Virus record (IMG/VR): IMGVR_UViG_3300019742_000001
Reading direction: 5' to 3' (one strand)
DNA length: 64,000 nt
DNA from: a virus
Taxonomy: Duplodnaviria > Caudoviricetes
Positions 41,618 to 49,647 of this stretch are shown in pieces; position 1 is the first letter of the stretch; each line of letters begins with the position of its first letter. Below the pieces are notes generated by a model. That model was given only the letters and a program-made list of their open reading frames with translations, was not told where the DNA came from and searched no databases. Both the position numbers and the translations under genes were made by a program.

Positions 41618-41920
41618 TTATACCTCAAAGAGATCATTGGGTAGATTGTTAATAGAAGGATCAATGAGAATGGTAGCATATTCATCGTAGTTGAGTGAGT
41701 GTTGTTGATGATCTTTGAAACGATTGTGATCAATGGATGTATGTTCAGTAGGATGTACAACTTTCATATTAATTAAGTCATATTCATATTTAGCGTTAGA
41801 TAATTGAATGATAGCATTGAAAGGGATTCTGTTGTTATCTTCGGAGTTATGAATAGTGACGAGAGTTCCAATAGGGAGATATTGTAATAGTTTTTTATTA
41901 TATTGTTGTTTCATGGTCAT
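41618..41920 (-). CDS. Array family A protein (LPIGT.VTIHNS), DxLF tail
   Basis: Ends INNLPNDLFEV. Confidence 0.7.
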   Translation of the reverse strand: MTMKQQYNKKLLQYLPIGTLVTIHNSEDNNRIPFNAIIQLSNAKYEYDLINMKVVHPTEHTSIDHNRFKDHQQHSLNYDEYATILIDPSINNLPNDLFEV

Positions 41921-41922
41921 GT

Positions 41923-42201
41923 TTATACCTCAAAGAGATCATTGGGTAGAGAAGAGTTAATGGTAGCATATTCGTTCTCATTAAGAGAGTGTTGGTTATG
42001 TTTTTTAAAACGACTGTGATTGATAGTTGTGGGTTCAGTAGGATGTACAACTTTCATATTAGAGTGGTCGTAACTGAATTCAATGATAGCTAATTGAATG
42101 ATAGCTTGGAATGGTTGATCATTGTTATCTTCGGAGTTATGAATAGTGACGTGTGTGCCAATAGGTAGATCTTGTAATTGTTGTTTATTATATCGTTTCA
42201 T
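41923..42201 (-). CDS. Array family A protein
   Basis: Ends SSLPNDLFEV. Confidence 0.7.
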   Translation of the reverse strand: MKRYNKQQLQDLPIGTHVTIHNSEDNNDQPFQAIIQLAIIEFSYDHSNMKVVHPTEPTTINHSRFKKHNQHSLNENEYATINSSLPNDLFEV

Positions 42202-42203
42202 GA

Positions 42204-42488
42204 TTATACCTCAAAGAGATCATTGGGTAGATTGTTAATAGAAGGATCAATGAGAATAGTAGCGTATTCATTGGGTTCTAATAAGTGTTGATTATATTGA
42301 GTAAAGGTATGATGAGAAAGCATGATACCGACATCAGGGTTAATAGCCCGAGAATTGTTACCGTATACCAAAGAGTCTTGAGATATTTGAATGGTTCCAT
42401 TGAAAGGAGTAGGGTAAAAGTCAGAGTTATGAACAGTGACGTGAGTTCCAATAGGGAGATCATCAAGGTTATGGTATCGTTTATTCAT
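42204..42488 (-). CDS. Array family A protein
   Basis: C-terminal 21 aa identical to 41618. Confidence 0.7.
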   Translation of the reverse strand: MNKRYHNLDDLPIGTHVTVHNSDFYPTPFNGTIQISQDSLVYGNNSRAINPDVGIMLSHHTFTQYNQHLLEPNEYATILIDPSINNLPNDLFEV

Positions 42489-42490
42489 AG

Positions 42491-42757
42491 TTATACCTCA
42501 AAGAGATTGTCATCAAATAGGTTCGTCATTTTTGTTATGCCAGTTTTTGTTATGCCAGTAATTCTACATTCAGGTGTCCAATGAGTTCCATAGAATGTGA
42601 ATCTGCTGTGTCTTAGGTTATGGTTATTGTCAATAGGTTTAGTGCAATACCCAATAGCAGTGCTAGAGTTTTCAAATCCAACAATTCTTACATTGAATGA
42701 ATGATTGTCATGTTGTATTGTAACTAAATCGTTCACCTTATATTTGTGGTTATTCAT
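42491..42757 (-). CDS. Array family B protein
   Basis: N-terminal ~48 aa almost identical to 43024, ends LFDDNLFEV. Confidence 0.7.
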   Translation of the reverse strand: MNNHKYKVNDLVTIQHDNHSFNVRIVGFENSSTAIGYCTKPIDNNHNLRHSRFTFYGTHWTPECRITGITKTGITKMTNLFDDNLFEV

Positions 42758-42759
42758 AG

Positions 42760-43020
42760 TTATACCTCAAATAGATCATCATCAAATAGTGAGTCATCTA
42801 ATATAGAGAAGGTTTCTTTGTTAACGACATAGTGTTGTTTATTTTTTTTGTACATTGAGTGGTCCAAAAAGATATCAGGGTTAATAACTTTAATATTAGA
42901 GTTAGGAACAAATTGGACCGAACCATTGAAAGGTTTATAATCGTTATACTCAGAGTTATGAATAGTAACTCTAGTACCAATATGGATATTTTGTAGATGA
43001 TTAGGTTGATGTTTAATCAT
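42760..43020 (-). CDS. Array family A protein
   Basis: Ends LFDDDLFEV. Confidence 0.7.
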   Translation of the reverse strand: MIKHQPNHLQNIHIGTRVTIHNSEYNDYKPFNGSVQFVPNSNIKVINPDIFLDHSMYKKNKQHYVVNKETFSILDDSLFDDDLFEV

Positions 43021-43023
43021 TGG

Positions 43024-43290
43024 TTATACCTCAAATAGATCATTAGGTAAAAGGTTTTTAGGTAAAAGGTTTTTAGGTTTAACTAATGAGATAACACATT
43101 TTTCCGTAATCCAATGAGTTCCATTTAATTTATATCTGGGATGGTCAAGTTTATGGTTATCATCAATAGGTTTAGTGCAATACCCAATAGCAGTGCTAGA
43201 GTTTTCAAATCCAACAATTCTTACATTGAATGAATGATTGTCATGTTGTATTGTAACAATATCATTCACCTTATATTTGTGAGTATTCAT
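43024..43290 (-). CDS. Array family B protein
   Basis: Ends LLPNDLFEV. Confidence 0.7.
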   Translation of the reverse strand: MNTHKYKVNDIVTIQHDNHSFNVRIVGFENSSTAIGYCTKPIDDNHKLDHPRYKLNGTHWITEKCVISLVKPKNLLPKNLLPNDLFEV

Positions 43291-43292
43291 AG

Positions 43293-43559
43293 TTATACCT
43301 CAAAGAGATCATTAGGTAAAGGGTTAATGATCGTAAAAGATTCATTATCACTAAGGAAATGTTGTTTATTATTTTGGTAACGAGGATGATCTAATTGTAC
43401 ATCAGGTCTAACCAAGTTAATCTTATGTAGAGGATCTTTAGATAATTCAACAGTTCCAGAGAAAGGAATGCCATCATTATATTCAGTATTGGAAATATTG
43501 ATACGAGTACCAATAGGAAGATTTTGAATTAGATCATTAGGTTTATGTTTATCAGACAT
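43293..43559 (-). CDS. Array family A protein
   Basis: Ends PLPNDLFEV. Confidence 0.7.
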   Translation of the reverse strand: MSDKHKPNDLIQNLPIGTRINISNTEYNDGIPFSGTVELSKDPLHKINLVRPDVQLDHPRYQNNKQHFLSDNESFTIINPLPNDLFEV

Positions 43560-43562
43560 TGA

Positions 43563-43835
43563 TTATACCTCAAAGAGATCATTAGGTAAATGGTTAATGA
43601 TCGTAGCATATTCATCTTCACATATTTGGTGTTGTTTGTTTGATCTGTATCTGCCGTGGTCAATGAATACATCAGGGTTAATGACTTTGGTTTTCGATTC
43701 AGATATTTTTGTAGAGAATTGAACAGTGCCCGTGAAGGGTTGATTGTTATTATATGTAGTGTCATGGATAGTAACACGTGTACCAATAGGAAGATTTTCA
43801 ATAGATTGTTGATTATAATGTTTATTCATGTTCAT
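43563..43835 (-). CDS. Array family A protein
   Basis: Ends HLPNDLFEV. Confidence 0.7.
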   Translation of the reverse strand: MNMNKHYNQQSIENLPIGTRVTIHDTTYNNNQPFTGTVQFSTKISESKTKVINPDVFIDHGRYRSNKQHQICEDEYATIINHLPNDLFEV

Positions 43836-43837
43836 AG

Positions 43838-44116
43838 TTATACCTCAAAGAGATCATCAGGTAAGTTGTTACATTCGTAATTGATTATAGAGAAATATTC
43901 ACCATGGCACATAAAGTGTTGTTCGTGTATTCTATAGCGATCGTGTGATATTATAACGTGTTCATCAGGTTTAATAACTTTTTGGTTACGTTCATTACGG
44001 TCTAAGGATAGTTCTACCGTGGCATTAAAAGGTTTTCTATTATTGTATACCGAGTTATGAATAGTAACACGAGTACCAACATTTATAGATTGTAATTCTT
44101 CAGGGAGAAGTTTCAT
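43838..44116 (-). CDS. Array family A protein
   Basis: Ends NLPDDLFEV. Confidence 0.7.
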   Translation of the reverse strand: MKLLPEELQSINVGTRVTIHNSVYNNRKPFNATVELSLDRNERNQKVIKPDEHVIISHDRYRIHEQHFMCHGEYFSIINYECNNLPDDLFEV

Positions 44117-44529
44117 TATTTAACCAAACGGTAAGGTTTATTCCAAGTACCGATATTAATATCAATGTATCGTGAACGGTGGAAGTAGTCAGTCATAGAG
44201 TCATCGTTATTGAAGTAACCTTCCCCCTTCATAGCTTCGTGAAGTTCGTTAAGAACTTTGGCAAATTTGGGAGAGAAAGTGGAGTCAATATGATAGACAT
44301 TAACATTGATATTGTCAGTAGTAGTGTAAGGAGTTTCCCCGCGACGAACAGCGTTATAAGCCGATACTTCATTATAGTCAGTGAGGAAGTCCATGTAACC
44401 AGCGGCAATTTTGAGAACAAGAGTAGATCCGTTATGAACAGAGAGAGTACCCTTTAGTCCATTTTTGGAAAGAATGGCTTTGACTATAGGAGCGACAGCT
44501 TTTTTATCATCTTGAGATACATAAGCCAT
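44116..44529 (-). CDS. Conserved T4-like phage protein (no DxLF tail)
   Basis: MAYVSQDDKK..AP.VKAIL.K.GLKGTLSV...DDSMTDYFH...YIDINIG.W.KPY, own promoter at 44573-44600. Confidence 0.7.
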   Translation of the reverse strand: MAYVSQDDKKAVAPIVKAILSKNGLKGTLSVHNGSTLVLKIAAGYMDFLTDYNEVSAYNAVRRGETPYTTTDNINVNVYHIDSTFSPKFAKVLNELHEAMKGEGYFNNDDSMTDYFHRSRYIDINIGTWNKPYRLVK

Positions 44530-44603
44530 AATTGTGATCCTTTCAAAAAGAGTTAGTCTTGGTTACAGATCTATAGTAACACACTGGCATAATGAGTCAA
44601 GAG

Positions 44604-44855
44604 TTAAATAGTGAATAAGTCATTGTCAAGAATATGTATAGGTTTAGTGATATTGTCTAATGCAAGGTGATCTTCACAGTAAGAGTTGGATGATCCGGTA
44701 TCCCATTGTACCTTATAATTAAGTCTACCAGAATTATCGTCTTCAATAATAGTGCCAACAACCTTACCATATTTACCTCCATACTGAGGGTTGTTGATGT
44801 GGTCAGAATACTCATCTGTAATCAGTCTTACTCTATCATATATTTTAAATTTCAT
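44604..44855 (-). CDS. Array family C protein, paralog of 45861
   Basis: NNP.YGGK.G.VVG.I, ends ILDNDLFTI. Confidence 0.7.
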   Translation of the reverse strand: MKFKIYDRVRLITDEYSDHINNPQYGGKYGKVVGTIIEDDNSGRLNYKVQWDTGSSNSYCEDHLALDNITKPIHILDNDLFTI

Positions 44856-44858
44856 AAG

Positions 44859-45251
44859 TTATACCTCAAAGAGATTATCGTCAAAGGATGATTTCAAGTA
44901 AGTATCAACTTTATTACATACATCAACAGGAGCGTTACGTCGAGTATTGGTTATGTAATCAATGAAGTCATATTTATTTTCGGATGAATTTAAGTTTCTA
45001 ACGAATACCCCTCTCATGATATAGGCAACAGGTTTGATAAATTCCATTTCAAAGTGATGGAATGGGTCACCAAATTCATAAATATCGTATCCATGACCAA
45101 AACTATCATGTCCAAGTCGAATGAATCTGTTATCAGGTGACAGAGAAGTGATCATATAAGGAGGTTCACCATATCGGTCAAGGTGTTCTTTGGCATTTTG
45201 TGTTCTACCTGTCAATACTTGAACATAGTCACCTACTTTAAATGGATTCAT
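44859..45251 (-). CDS. KOW-like protein with DxLF tail
   Basis: MNPFKVGDYV, ends SFDDNLFEV. Confidence 0.65.
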   Translation of the reverse strand: MNPFKVGDYVQVLTGRTQNAKEHLDRYGEPPYMITSLSPDNRFIRLGHDSFGHGYDIYEFGDPFHHFEMEFIKPVAYIMRGVFVRNLNSSENKYDFIDYITNTRRNAPVDVCNKVDTYLKSSFDDNLFEV

Positions 45252-45253
45252 AG

Positions 45254-45580
45254 TTATACCTCAAACAGATCATTGTCAAGAAATTGTGGTTTAGTGATTA
45301 CAATGAAGCCATAGTCAACTTTCTGTTTATATTTCTGACAGTACATCATTAGTATTTCCATATCATTATCTAGTTTAATGGCGTATACAGTATCACGACT
45401 GAATTCATGTTGACTACTGTTAATAATAACACCAGTTAGTCCAACCAAATTTTCAGAGTCACTATACCCACTAACATAGTTTTTCAATTGAAGTTTGTTA
45501 GCCATGTCTTGGTATGTTGAGTAGCATTTACCAGTATCAACAATTTCAACATGGTCACCAATTTGTGGATCTTTATTCAT
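45254..45580 (-). CDS. Array family D protein
   Basis: PQIGD.V.I...G..Y.TY..MA.KL.L, ends FLDNDLFEV. Confidence 0.7.
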   Translation of the reverse strand: MNKDPQIGDHVEIVDTGKCYSTYQDMANKLQLKNYVSGYSDSENLVGLTGVIINSSQHEFSRDTVYAIKLDNDMEILMMYCQKYKQKVDYGFIVITKPQFLDNDLFEV

Positions 45581-45582
45581 AG

Positions 45583-45858
45583 TTACACCTCAAATAATTT
45601 ATCATCGGTGAAGTCATTGATATTATATCGTTGACCTTTCCAAGTGTTATAGTTTTCGTTACGGCATTCAATAGGTACGTAATTTTCGATATACTGAATA
45701 TGGTCATTCCAAAATGGTTTGATCATAGGATGTGCGTGTAACAGTGCTTCATCATATCGACCACGTAATAATAATTCAGTACAAGAACCAGCAGGGATAC
45801 CGTGTTCTATCCACATATCAATAGCACTAACAATATTATCATCAACACATAGATTCAT
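45583..45858 (-). CDS. Helical phage protein with DxLF-like tail
   Basis: EHGIPAGS..., ends FTDDKLFEV. Confidence 0.65.
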   Translation of the reverse strand: MNLCVDDNIVSAIDMWIEHGIPAGSCTELLLRGRYDEALLHAHPMIKPFWNDHIQYIENYVPIECRNENYNTWKGQRYNINDFTDDKLFEV

Positions 45859-45860
45859 AG

Positions 45861-46112
45861 TTATACCTCAAATAAGTCATCATCAAAAAGAGGAGGTTGG
45901 ATATCCAATACCAGATCTTTATCACAATAATTGTTGTACCTGTCATCCGTCCACTTAACATTATATACGAATTGGCTATCTCCATCATTAATTGACGTAA
46001 TCTCACCAACAACATTTCCGTGTTTGCCGCCATATAATGGATTATTTGAAAGGTCACCATACTTACCACTAACATATCTTACTTTGTCACCTAATTTAAA
46101 CATAATTATCAT
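45861..46112 (-). CDS. Array family C protein
   Basis: Ends LFDDDLFEV. Confidence 0.7.
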   Translation of the reverse strand: MIIMFKLGDKVRYVSGKYGDLSNNPLYGGKHGNVVGEITSINDGDSQFVYNVKWTDDRYNNYCDKDLVLDIQPPLFDDDLFEV

Positions 46113-46456
46113 ACCTCAAAGAGATTATCATCAAAAAGATTGGGAGTTGAAGTGACAATGAAACCACGATTTTGTTCCCCATAAGTATACTCGTATCCGA
46201 TAATAATATCAATAGGATTATTATCATCAAGTATGAGTCTGACACCATATACCATTCTATTTTCTTCTTGTAGGTGTTTGCCTTTTGCGACGATCACTCC
46301 TACCATACCTTCTTTGATTATATCACTACCAACAACTTTCATAAAATTAAAATATTCCAATTTAAGATTGATAGCCATTTCAAAGTAGCTGGGATATATC
46401 TCACCAGAATTGGTAATTTTTACATTATCGCCAATTTGTGGTTCTCTGTCAGTCAT
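46109..46456 (-). CDS. Array family D protein
   Basis: RGFIVTSTPNLFDDNLFEV. Confidence 0.7.
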   Translation of the reverse strand: MTDREPQIGDNVKITNSGEIYPSYFEMAINLKLEYFNFMKVVGSDIIKEGMVGVIVAKGKHLQEENRMVYGVRLILDDNNPIDIIIGYEYTYGEQNRGFIVTSTPNLFDDNLFEV

Positions 46457-46458
46457 AA

Positions 46459-46758
46459 TTATACCTCAAATAGTGAGTCATCTAATATATTGGGAGTTGA
46501 AGTGACAATGAAACCACGATCTGATTCATCTGCACTGTAACCCATTAAAATATCAGTACCATTTTGTAATCGTATACCGTAAATTAACTTTCCTGTATCA
46601 GATCCAGAAATAACACCAATTTCTCCGTTCTTGGTGGTTAAATTAGATATGTAATTGGTAAGATTCAGTTTATCAGCCATTAATTGGTAAGTGGTATATT
46701 GTCTGCCATTGTTGGTGATTTTGACACTATCACCAATTTGTGGGAAATTTGTATTCAT
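46459..46758 (-). CDS. Array family D protein
   Basis: RGFIVTSTPNILDDSLFEV. Confidence 0.7.
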   Translation of the reverse strand: MNTNFPQIGDSVKITNNGRQYTTYQLMADKLNLTNYISNLTTKNGEIGVISGSDTGKLIYGIRLQNGTDILMGYSADESDRGFIVTSTPNILDDSLFEV

Positions 46759-46760
46759 AA

Positions 46761-47015
46761 TTATACCTTACCCTTTGCCATAGATTTGAAACCTTCACTA
46801 ATTAATTTCATCCGTGATGGTGTGTAATTACTGCAACCGAAGTCGTGATTAATACTTGATGGGTGTGTTTCAACTCTATCCATCAATGTAATTTTTTCAC
46901 CTTCTACTGGGCAATGAGTGATTTTGGTTTGTTGGTGATTACATTTAACAAGTTTACTGTCAAACATATTCCGACTTAACCATTTACAATCTTTACAAAA
47001 TATTTTTGGTTCCAT
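46761..47015 (-). CDS. Cys-containing small protein, first gene of the array operon
   Basis: CKDCKW...C...N....C. It ends KGKV but keeps the AGGTATAA junction. Confidence 0.65.
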   Translation of the reverse strand: MEPKIFCKDCKWLSRNMFDSKLVKCNHQQTKITHCPVEGEKITLMDRVETHPSSINHDFGCSNYTPSRMKLISEGFKSMAKGKV

Positions 47016-47070
47016 AGATGTGCCTTTCTATTTGGTTATGGATAGATATTACAGTAGGTGGTATGATGAG

Positions 47071-47325
47071 TCAAGAGTTAAATGTATATGTATCAGGTAG
47101 TTGATCAGTGATGGGTTGGTCATCTTTGTAATGCCATAGTAATTGGAATCCTTCTGAGGTTAGAAAAATCCCCTCCAAGACGATAATACCAGCATGTGTT
47201 AATTTATGGCAATTTGGACATAGGAGGCAGATATTCGATTTAGAATTATCGCCCCCTTTTGACCTACTCTGTATGTGGTGTTTGTCCAATAGTGCTGGAG
47301 TGTTGCATATTTGACAAGGTTTCAT
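47071..47325 (-). CDS. Small HNH endonuclease
   Basis: CQIC...KHHIQSRSKGG.N..SNICLLCPNCHKLTH. Confidence 0.88.
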   Translation of the reverse strand: MKPCQICNTPALLDKHHIQSRSKGGDNSKSNICLLCPNCHKLTHAGIIVLEGIFLTSEGFQLLWHYKDDQPITDQLPDTYTFNS

Positions 47326-47360
47326 TAAGATATTATAGTATGTGTGTCACTTAATGTCAA

Positions 47361-48170
47361 TTACTCGTTAATCATTTCGTCTAATAGTTTTGTTTTAACC
47401 ACACTGGTATAGATATCATATCCAACAAGTATAGAGTTACCATCTGTCCAACATTCTCTATCATCATTCTTTGGTAATGCACCACCAGCAACGATTAGCT
47501 TGAATTTATAAGGTTTGAGTATTTCGTTCAACATTTCGGAACATGATTTATCGTGATCAACCATATATGTCAACAATTGATTTGATGTTTTATTAAAGAA
47601 TTCTATTCTGGCATCACTATTCATATTTGCCCACATTTCATCGATACGCATAACAGAATCTCTAAGAGTATTCCAATCTTTGGCAATGTATTTCTTTTCA
47701 CCTATGAGTCTATTATATAGTTCAGACAGTTCATAGTTAACATCAGCAATAGTGGTATAATATCCTTTGAAACTATCCCAGAAATCACTAGCAGGGCATA
47801 ATCCAATAGAAGAATTATCATAAGGTAGTACAAGGTATCGTTCATCCATAGTGCCATATGCCCCATCAAGACTACTTGAGCATATAAGTGATTGACTTCT
47901 TTTAGGAAATTTAGACCATTGTTTTGAGTTATCTATCCATAGAGTATAATGATTATCAGTATTTGCTGATTTTCTATTGAATTTGGATGGTTCAACATAA
48001 CCGAAGTCACTACGAATAGACACATGACCTCTAAATAGACCTTGTTTATCTTCTGTGAATCGTCTCCATGCTTTACGACAGTTTTTCTTGATGATTTGTG
48101 CTGCTTCATCCATGTTAACGACTTTGGTTCTACCTTCTTTTGATTCTGATATAAACGATTGTAATCTCAT
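47361..48170 (-). CDS. ADP-ribosyltransferase-like protein (subfamily 2) with CTS leader
   Basis: MRLQSFISE; LFRG, RKSANTDNHYTL, SLICSS, RECW; TATAAATA at 48201. Confidence 0.55.
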   Translation of the reverse strand: MRLQSFISESKEGRTKVVNMDEAAQIIKKNCRKAWRRFTEDKQGLFRGHVSIRSDFGYVEPSKFNRKSANTDNHYTLWIDNSKQWSKFPKRSQSLICSSSLDGAYGTMDERYLVLPYDNSSIGLCPASDFWDSFKGYYTTIADVNYELSELYNRLIGEKKYIAKDWNTLRDSVMRIDEMWANMNSDARIEFFNKTSNQLLTYMVDHDKSCSEMLNEILKPYKFKLIVAGGALPKNDDRECWTDGNSILVGYDIYTSVVKTKLLDEMINE

Positions 48171-48256
48171 TGAATAATATTCTCCTGTGTGGTATACTAT
48201 TATTTATATTTACAGTGATAATTTATGGTGTTATATTATAGGAAAAGGGGGTATAT

Positions 48257-48535
48257 ATGTCGTTCAAAGAGGGTGATAGTGTTAGGTTACTTCTGTGTAA
48301 AGATATGAATGTATCTTTACGTACTGAGTGGGCTGAGTGGTGGAAGAAAAACAAAAATACAGTATTCACTTTATCGGAATATCGGACAAATGGTAATTGG
48401 TTTATGAAATATCCTAATGGTGATACTGTGTATAATCTACGTGGTGGTGGTGATGACCCAATAACATTTAATCATACAGAGATATATGTATGTAATCCAC
48501 CTATTAAATGGGAAGAGGATTTATTTGAGATATGA
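48257..48535 (+). CDS. KOW-like protein with DxLF tail
   Basis: MSFKEGDSVRL, ends WEEDLFEI. Confidence 0.65.
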   Translation: MSFKEGDSVRLLLCKDMNVSLRTEWAEWWKKNKNTVFTLSEYRTNGNWFMKYPNGDTVYNLRGGGDDPITFNHTEIYVCNPPIKWEEDLFEI

Positions 48536-48888
48536 TTAAATATTATGCACTAAATGATGATAATATAGCAGTTGAGTGTAATATGGAGTATGCACTACTT
48601 TGTGGTACAGAGGATCTTGTTAGTAATATCATTCAACAAACAGATGTTAGTGATGGTTTGATGGTATCAACAATATTCTTGGGAATGGATCATTGTTTTG
48701 GTGGTAGTGAATCAACACCTTTGTTGTTTGAGACAATGTTGATGGGTAACACAGAAGAGGAAGAAGTATGTGTTAGATATGAAACATATGTTCAAGCAGT
48801 GGAAGGTCATTGGAATATGGTCAAAAGATATGGTGGTTCAAAACCAGTGTCGTTACCATTGTTAGATGATAATCTGTTTATCTTATAG
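48532..48888 (+). CDS. Conserved phage protein with DxLF tail
   Basis: VSTIFLGMDH..LLFETM..RYETY..A.EGH, ends LLDDNLFIL. Confidence 0.65.
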   Translation: MIKYYALNDDNIAVECNMEYALLCGTEDLVSNIIQQTDVSDGLMVSTIFLGMDHCFGGSESTPLLFETMLMGNTEEEEVCVRYETYVQAVEGHWNMVKRYGGSKPVSLPLLDDNLFIL

Positions 48889-49143
48889 GGTGAACAGATC
48901 ATCTTTGAAATGATTTGGTTGGTATTCACATAGATCAGTACAGTCATCTTTATCTAAGAATTGGTTTACCACATCCCATGTCATTTTATGTGTAATATTA
49001 TCATCTAATGAGACAAACTCAATATGTTGTCGTATACAATCATTCATTACGCACACCCATATAATGGGATCGTTAACTTCTGCCGAGTCAATCTCAATAT
49101 ATTGTTGTCCTCTAATAAAGTCTTTTGCCTTAGTCATTTTCAT
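48883..49143 (-). CDS. Hypothetical protein with DxLF tail
   Basis: Ends HFKDDLFTL, tail-to-tail with 48532. Confidence 0.6.
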   Translation of the reverse strand: MKMTKAKDFIRGQQYIEIDSAEVNDPIIWVCVMNDCIRQHIEFVSLDDNITHKMTWDVVNQFLDKDDCTDLCEYQPNHFKDDLFTL

Positions 49144-49544
49144 GATGGATTCGTAATCATTGAATATAGAGTTAGTTTCTTGGTTAGTTTTATTCCCATC
49201 TTATTAAGAAGAATAGACCATATAATAGAAGAAATTGAAATTACATTACTTGACCATACATATACAACAGGAAGACCAATGCCATAAATTGATACTGACA
49301 AAATGAGTAATATGATTAATATAGCAACAACCATAACATTGAGATACCAAGTAGCAGAGAAGTTCAATACTTTCACTAAGTCACGATGAACAGTAAGTTC
49401 TTGTTCTCGTTCATATATCAGTTGTCTAGGCACATCTTGTCTTATCTTTGACAACACTCGTGCGGCATCAGTATAATCATTATCCATACCATGTAGAAAT
49501 ATTTTTTCACATTCTTTCATCATTTTTCTTTCGGATCTTGTCAT
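49140..49544 (-). CDS. Membrane protein
   Basis: Two C-terminal TM segments, TTGACA promoter near 49605. Confidence 0.6.
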   Translation of the reverse strand: MTRSERKMMKECEKIFLHGMDNDYTDAARVLSKIRQDVPRQLIYEREQELTVHRDLVKVLNFSATWYLNVMVVAILIILLILSVSIYGIGLPVVYVWSSNVISISSIIWSILLNKMGIKLTKKLTLYSMITNPS

Positions 49545-49647
49545 TCGTATATCCCTTTCCAGATTTTAGTTAAGATGATAGTATCATAGGTGTAAGTGAG
49601 TGTCAAATATTATAAATATAACTGAAACCAAAATATATGGAGAATAT

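Larger units (their letters stand above)
41618..46780 (-). repeat. Cassette-like gene array with a conserved junction repeat (GAT)CT(C/A)TTTGAGGTATAA-N1-2-ATG
   Basis: Forward ttatacctcaaa(g/t)agat at 41618, 41923, 42204, 42491, 42760, 43024, 43293, 43563 and 43838, with near-identical variants at 44859, 45254, 45583, 45861, 46109 and 46459. Confidence 0.92.

Noticed and set aside
42491-43290. Near-identical gene segments as a possible DGR template/variable repeat pair
   Set aside because: Mismatches are few and not confined to adenines, and no reverse transcriptase is present in the window.
41618-46780. Regularly spaced direct repeats resembling a CRISPR array or integron attC sites
   Set aside because: The 'spacers' are 250-400 bp protein-coding genes, the repeat is coding and non-palindromic, and no cas or integrase gene lies in the window.
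23471-49143. DxLF tail as purely a by-product of Shine-Dalgarno and translational-coupling sequence
   Set aside because: This explains the E-V and E-D codons only partly. The motif persists with varied codons in genes lacking any downstream partner, so it is kept as a protein-level finding with this caveat.
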